Source of the DNA: Paludibacteraceae bacterium
GTDB taxonomy: Bacteria > Bacteroidota > Bacteroidia > Bacteroidales > Paludibacteraceae
NCBI GenBank assembly: GCA_017464475.1
Contig: JAFTZQ010000017.1
Span: 21,853 to 85,852 of the forward strand
Length of the DNA stretch: 64,000 nt
Direction: 5' to 3'
This document shows positions 62,294-64,000 of this stretch, piece after piece. The position numbers and the translations under genes are program-made. The notes under the pieces were generated by a model. The model searched no databases, had not been told where the DNA came from, and saw only the letters and a list, made by a program, of their open reading frames with translations. The stretch's first letter is position 1. Every line of letters begins with the position of its first letter.

Positions 62294-63785
62294 CCATTCC
62301 TCTTCCTGCCAATTTGAACCAGTTCCACGCAAAGCACGTTACGATCGTAAATAGGCACCATGCCAGATACCATGTTCGATGTTTCTTCCGCATATTGGTT
62401 ATTGCGTACGCAGCAAACATCATCTCAAATGGCATTACCGGTATATGAAACCGCAACGAGTGCGCAAATTGGGTAAACGTCAGCATCACCAGATAACCTA
62501 ACAGCATCGCCAAAGGCAGGGTATGTTGCCTCCAATCTCCGGTAAATAGCAAAAGAAACATCGCAAAAATCACAAAACCGGACATGATATTCCGCATCCA
62601 GTTGCCGCCATGGATCAACCGCATATCCTCTTGCCCTTCTGTAACAACCATTGTAGGAAAAGGTATCGTAAAAATCAGAGGAGCAAATACCGCTGCACCA
62701 ACTTTATTAGCAAAACGGTTACCGGACAACTTGCCGCCCTTTTCTGATCCATATCGTTTTGTCATACTGATCTGTTGCTGCCCCATTACATCTGTTTCTC
62801 GGATTTGATTCACCTCCCGCATGATATTATCTGACACTGAGAACAATATAATTCCTACCAGCACAAGACCCAGCACTACTTTTTTTCCGATACTGGTGAC
62901 TCTGCTATCTACCATAACCAACGCAAAAAACACCGCCATAAAGGCAATCATTCCCAGTACCGTCCGGAACATAAATAATGATAAACCCACCAATACCGTC
63001 GGTGCTATCGTGGCAAACGAATAATGTTTGCTCCGCAGCATTCGGTCAGCCATATCAATAAATAGCACCAACAGGAAAGTCATCAGTACCTCCTTTAGCG
63101 TCATACCGGCATAGCATATCAACACCGGATGTAGCATACAAAATATAGCCGCCAATCGCGCCGTAGTCTCTGTCATGGAGCGACTGGCTATGCGATAAAT
63201 GATGACGGGCGTAAAGGCTCCCAATAGCGCATTGGCTATTAGAATCATAAATATTCCAAATTCCACCCCAAATATATACACAAAAGGAGTTACATACAGA
63301 GGAAATCCGGTGTCACTAAATGAATGTTCTAATGACTGACCCAAAACCGGTCCAAATGCATCATTTTCCAAATACCTTACCCAATCTTCTGCTACTTCTA
63401 TATATCCCATAGAATCTGCAGAACCAAACTCATGCGGCTGACCCGTCATTTTCAAATAGAAGAAATAAATAAAAACCACATAAGCTGCCCTGATCAAAAA
63501 TCCGGTCTGGAATAGCTTTTTCTCAAAGCTCTTTACCTTGTGCACCTTCAGCACGCTCCATTCGCGGGAGTATTTTACGCTCAGATAGAAAAATCCTGCC
63601 ACCCATGCGATTCCGAACAACCAGAAATACCATTCCGTCCCACGTCCGGCAAACAATATATTCACGCCCACCAATGCCACTAGGTAGGCAGCGAATGAAT
63701 AGGTAGCGAACCAATCCGGCAGGCTATTGGTGATCATCGCCGTCCCTGTCAGCATCCGCTGGCCCCATATCGCCCGTCTGCTCAT
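62289..63785 (-). CDS. Polytopic membrane protein of the glycan locus (polymerase or GT39/GT83-like; function unresolved)
   Basis: Start at Met32 (MSRRAIWGQRML...; CAT 63783-63785). At least 10 predicted TM helices. Confidence 0.5.
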   Translation of the reverse strand: MSRRAIWGQRMLTGTAMITNSLPDWFATYSFAAYLVALVGVNILFAGRGTEWYFWLFGIAWVAGFFYLSVKYSREWSVLKVHKVKSFEKKLFQTGFLIRAAYVVFIYFFYLKMTGQPHEFGSADSMGYIEVAEDWVRYLENDAFGPVLGQSLEHSFSDTGFPLYVTPFVYIFGVEFGIFMILIANALLGAFTPVIIYRIASRSMTETTARLAAIFCMLHPVLICYAGMTLKEVLMTFLLVLFIDMADRMLRSKHYSFATIAPTVLVGLSLFMFRTVLGMIAFMAVFFALVMVDSRVTSIGKKVVLGLVLVGIILFSVSDNIMREVNQIRETDVMGQQQISMTKRYGSEKGGKLSGNRFANKVGAAVFAPLIFTIPFPTMVVTEGQEDMRLIHGGNWMRNIMSGFVIFAMFLLLFTGDWRQHTLPLAMLLGYLVMLTFTQFAHSLRFHIPVMPFEMMFAAYAITNMRKKHRTWYLAWCLFTIVTCFAWNWFKLAGRGMA

Positions 63786-63875
63786 CTTCTTATATGTCCC
63801 TGTCGTCTCTGCCACTTTAATTACGTTTTTGCGCTCTCGCGTACCTACTCGTACGCACATACGCAATTCAGCCCG

Positions 63876-63883
63876 CAAAATTA
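63876..63883 (-). promoter_or_regulatory. -7 box TAatTTTG upstream of the glycan locus
   Basis: caaaatta on the + strand, followed by an A10 tract; 90 nt upstream of ATG 63785. Confidence 0.5.
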
Positions 63884-64000
63884 TAAAAAAAAAATCAAAT
63901 AAGCAAGTTTTTGGTGGAAAATCTATAAAATACTTGTATTTTTAGTGATTTTGAACTAAAACTTGGTATTTGCAGCATCGCTGCTCTGTAATTTCGAGGT

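Noticed and set aside
63884-63894. An A10 homopolymer in the glycan-locus promoter as a slipped-strand phase-variation switch.
   Set aside because: Nearly every predicted promoter in the window has an A7-A10 tract at the same position relative to the -7 box. It is therefore a general promoter feature here rather than a locus-specific switch.

Overview
About 50% GC chromosomal segment, most likely from a Bacteroidales (Bacteroidota) bacterium. Support for that assignment: TAnnTTTG -7 promoter boxes with A-rich upstream tracts before nearly every operon, no Shine-Dalgarno sites, an nqrA-F operon, a T9SS-type C-terminal domain, and GxxExxY and four-helix-bundle genes. I call 55 protein genes and one gene fragment. 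I saw no rRNA, tRNA, CRISPR array, transposase or integrase. Housekeeping content: rlmB (partial), a dsbD-like gene, murA, murB, nadE, queH, an EF-G paralogue, glyA, pnuC, ROK kinase plus sugar MFS transporter, DPP-IV and nqrABCDEF. Accessory content: (1) at 8.6-19.3 kb, five secreted beta-helix paralogues around an AraC regulator, in an operon with a VTC (polyphosphate-polymerase-type) protein, a DUF4956 membrane protein and a predicted OM barrel. This is my top candidate for an uncharacterised system. (2) A hemerythrin/RIC-like LuxR regulator divergent from a porin-imelysin-diheme-CcsA operon. (3) A 13 kb minus-strand glycan-biosynthesis locus interrupted by a hipBA cassette that is flanked by a roughly 95 bp direct repeat. 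(4) GxxExxY and four-helix-bundle gene cassettes, bounded by inverted and direct repeats respectively, inserted into and just after the nqr operon. Throughout the window there are two unusual repeat classes. One is a GC-rich palindromic element sitting in-frame inside conserved genes (murB, dsbD-like, DPP-IV, ccsA-like). The other is 7-11 bp tandem arrays that fill intergenic spacers and also occur in-frame in coding regions. All functional calls rest on my recognition of translated motifs. No database search was run.
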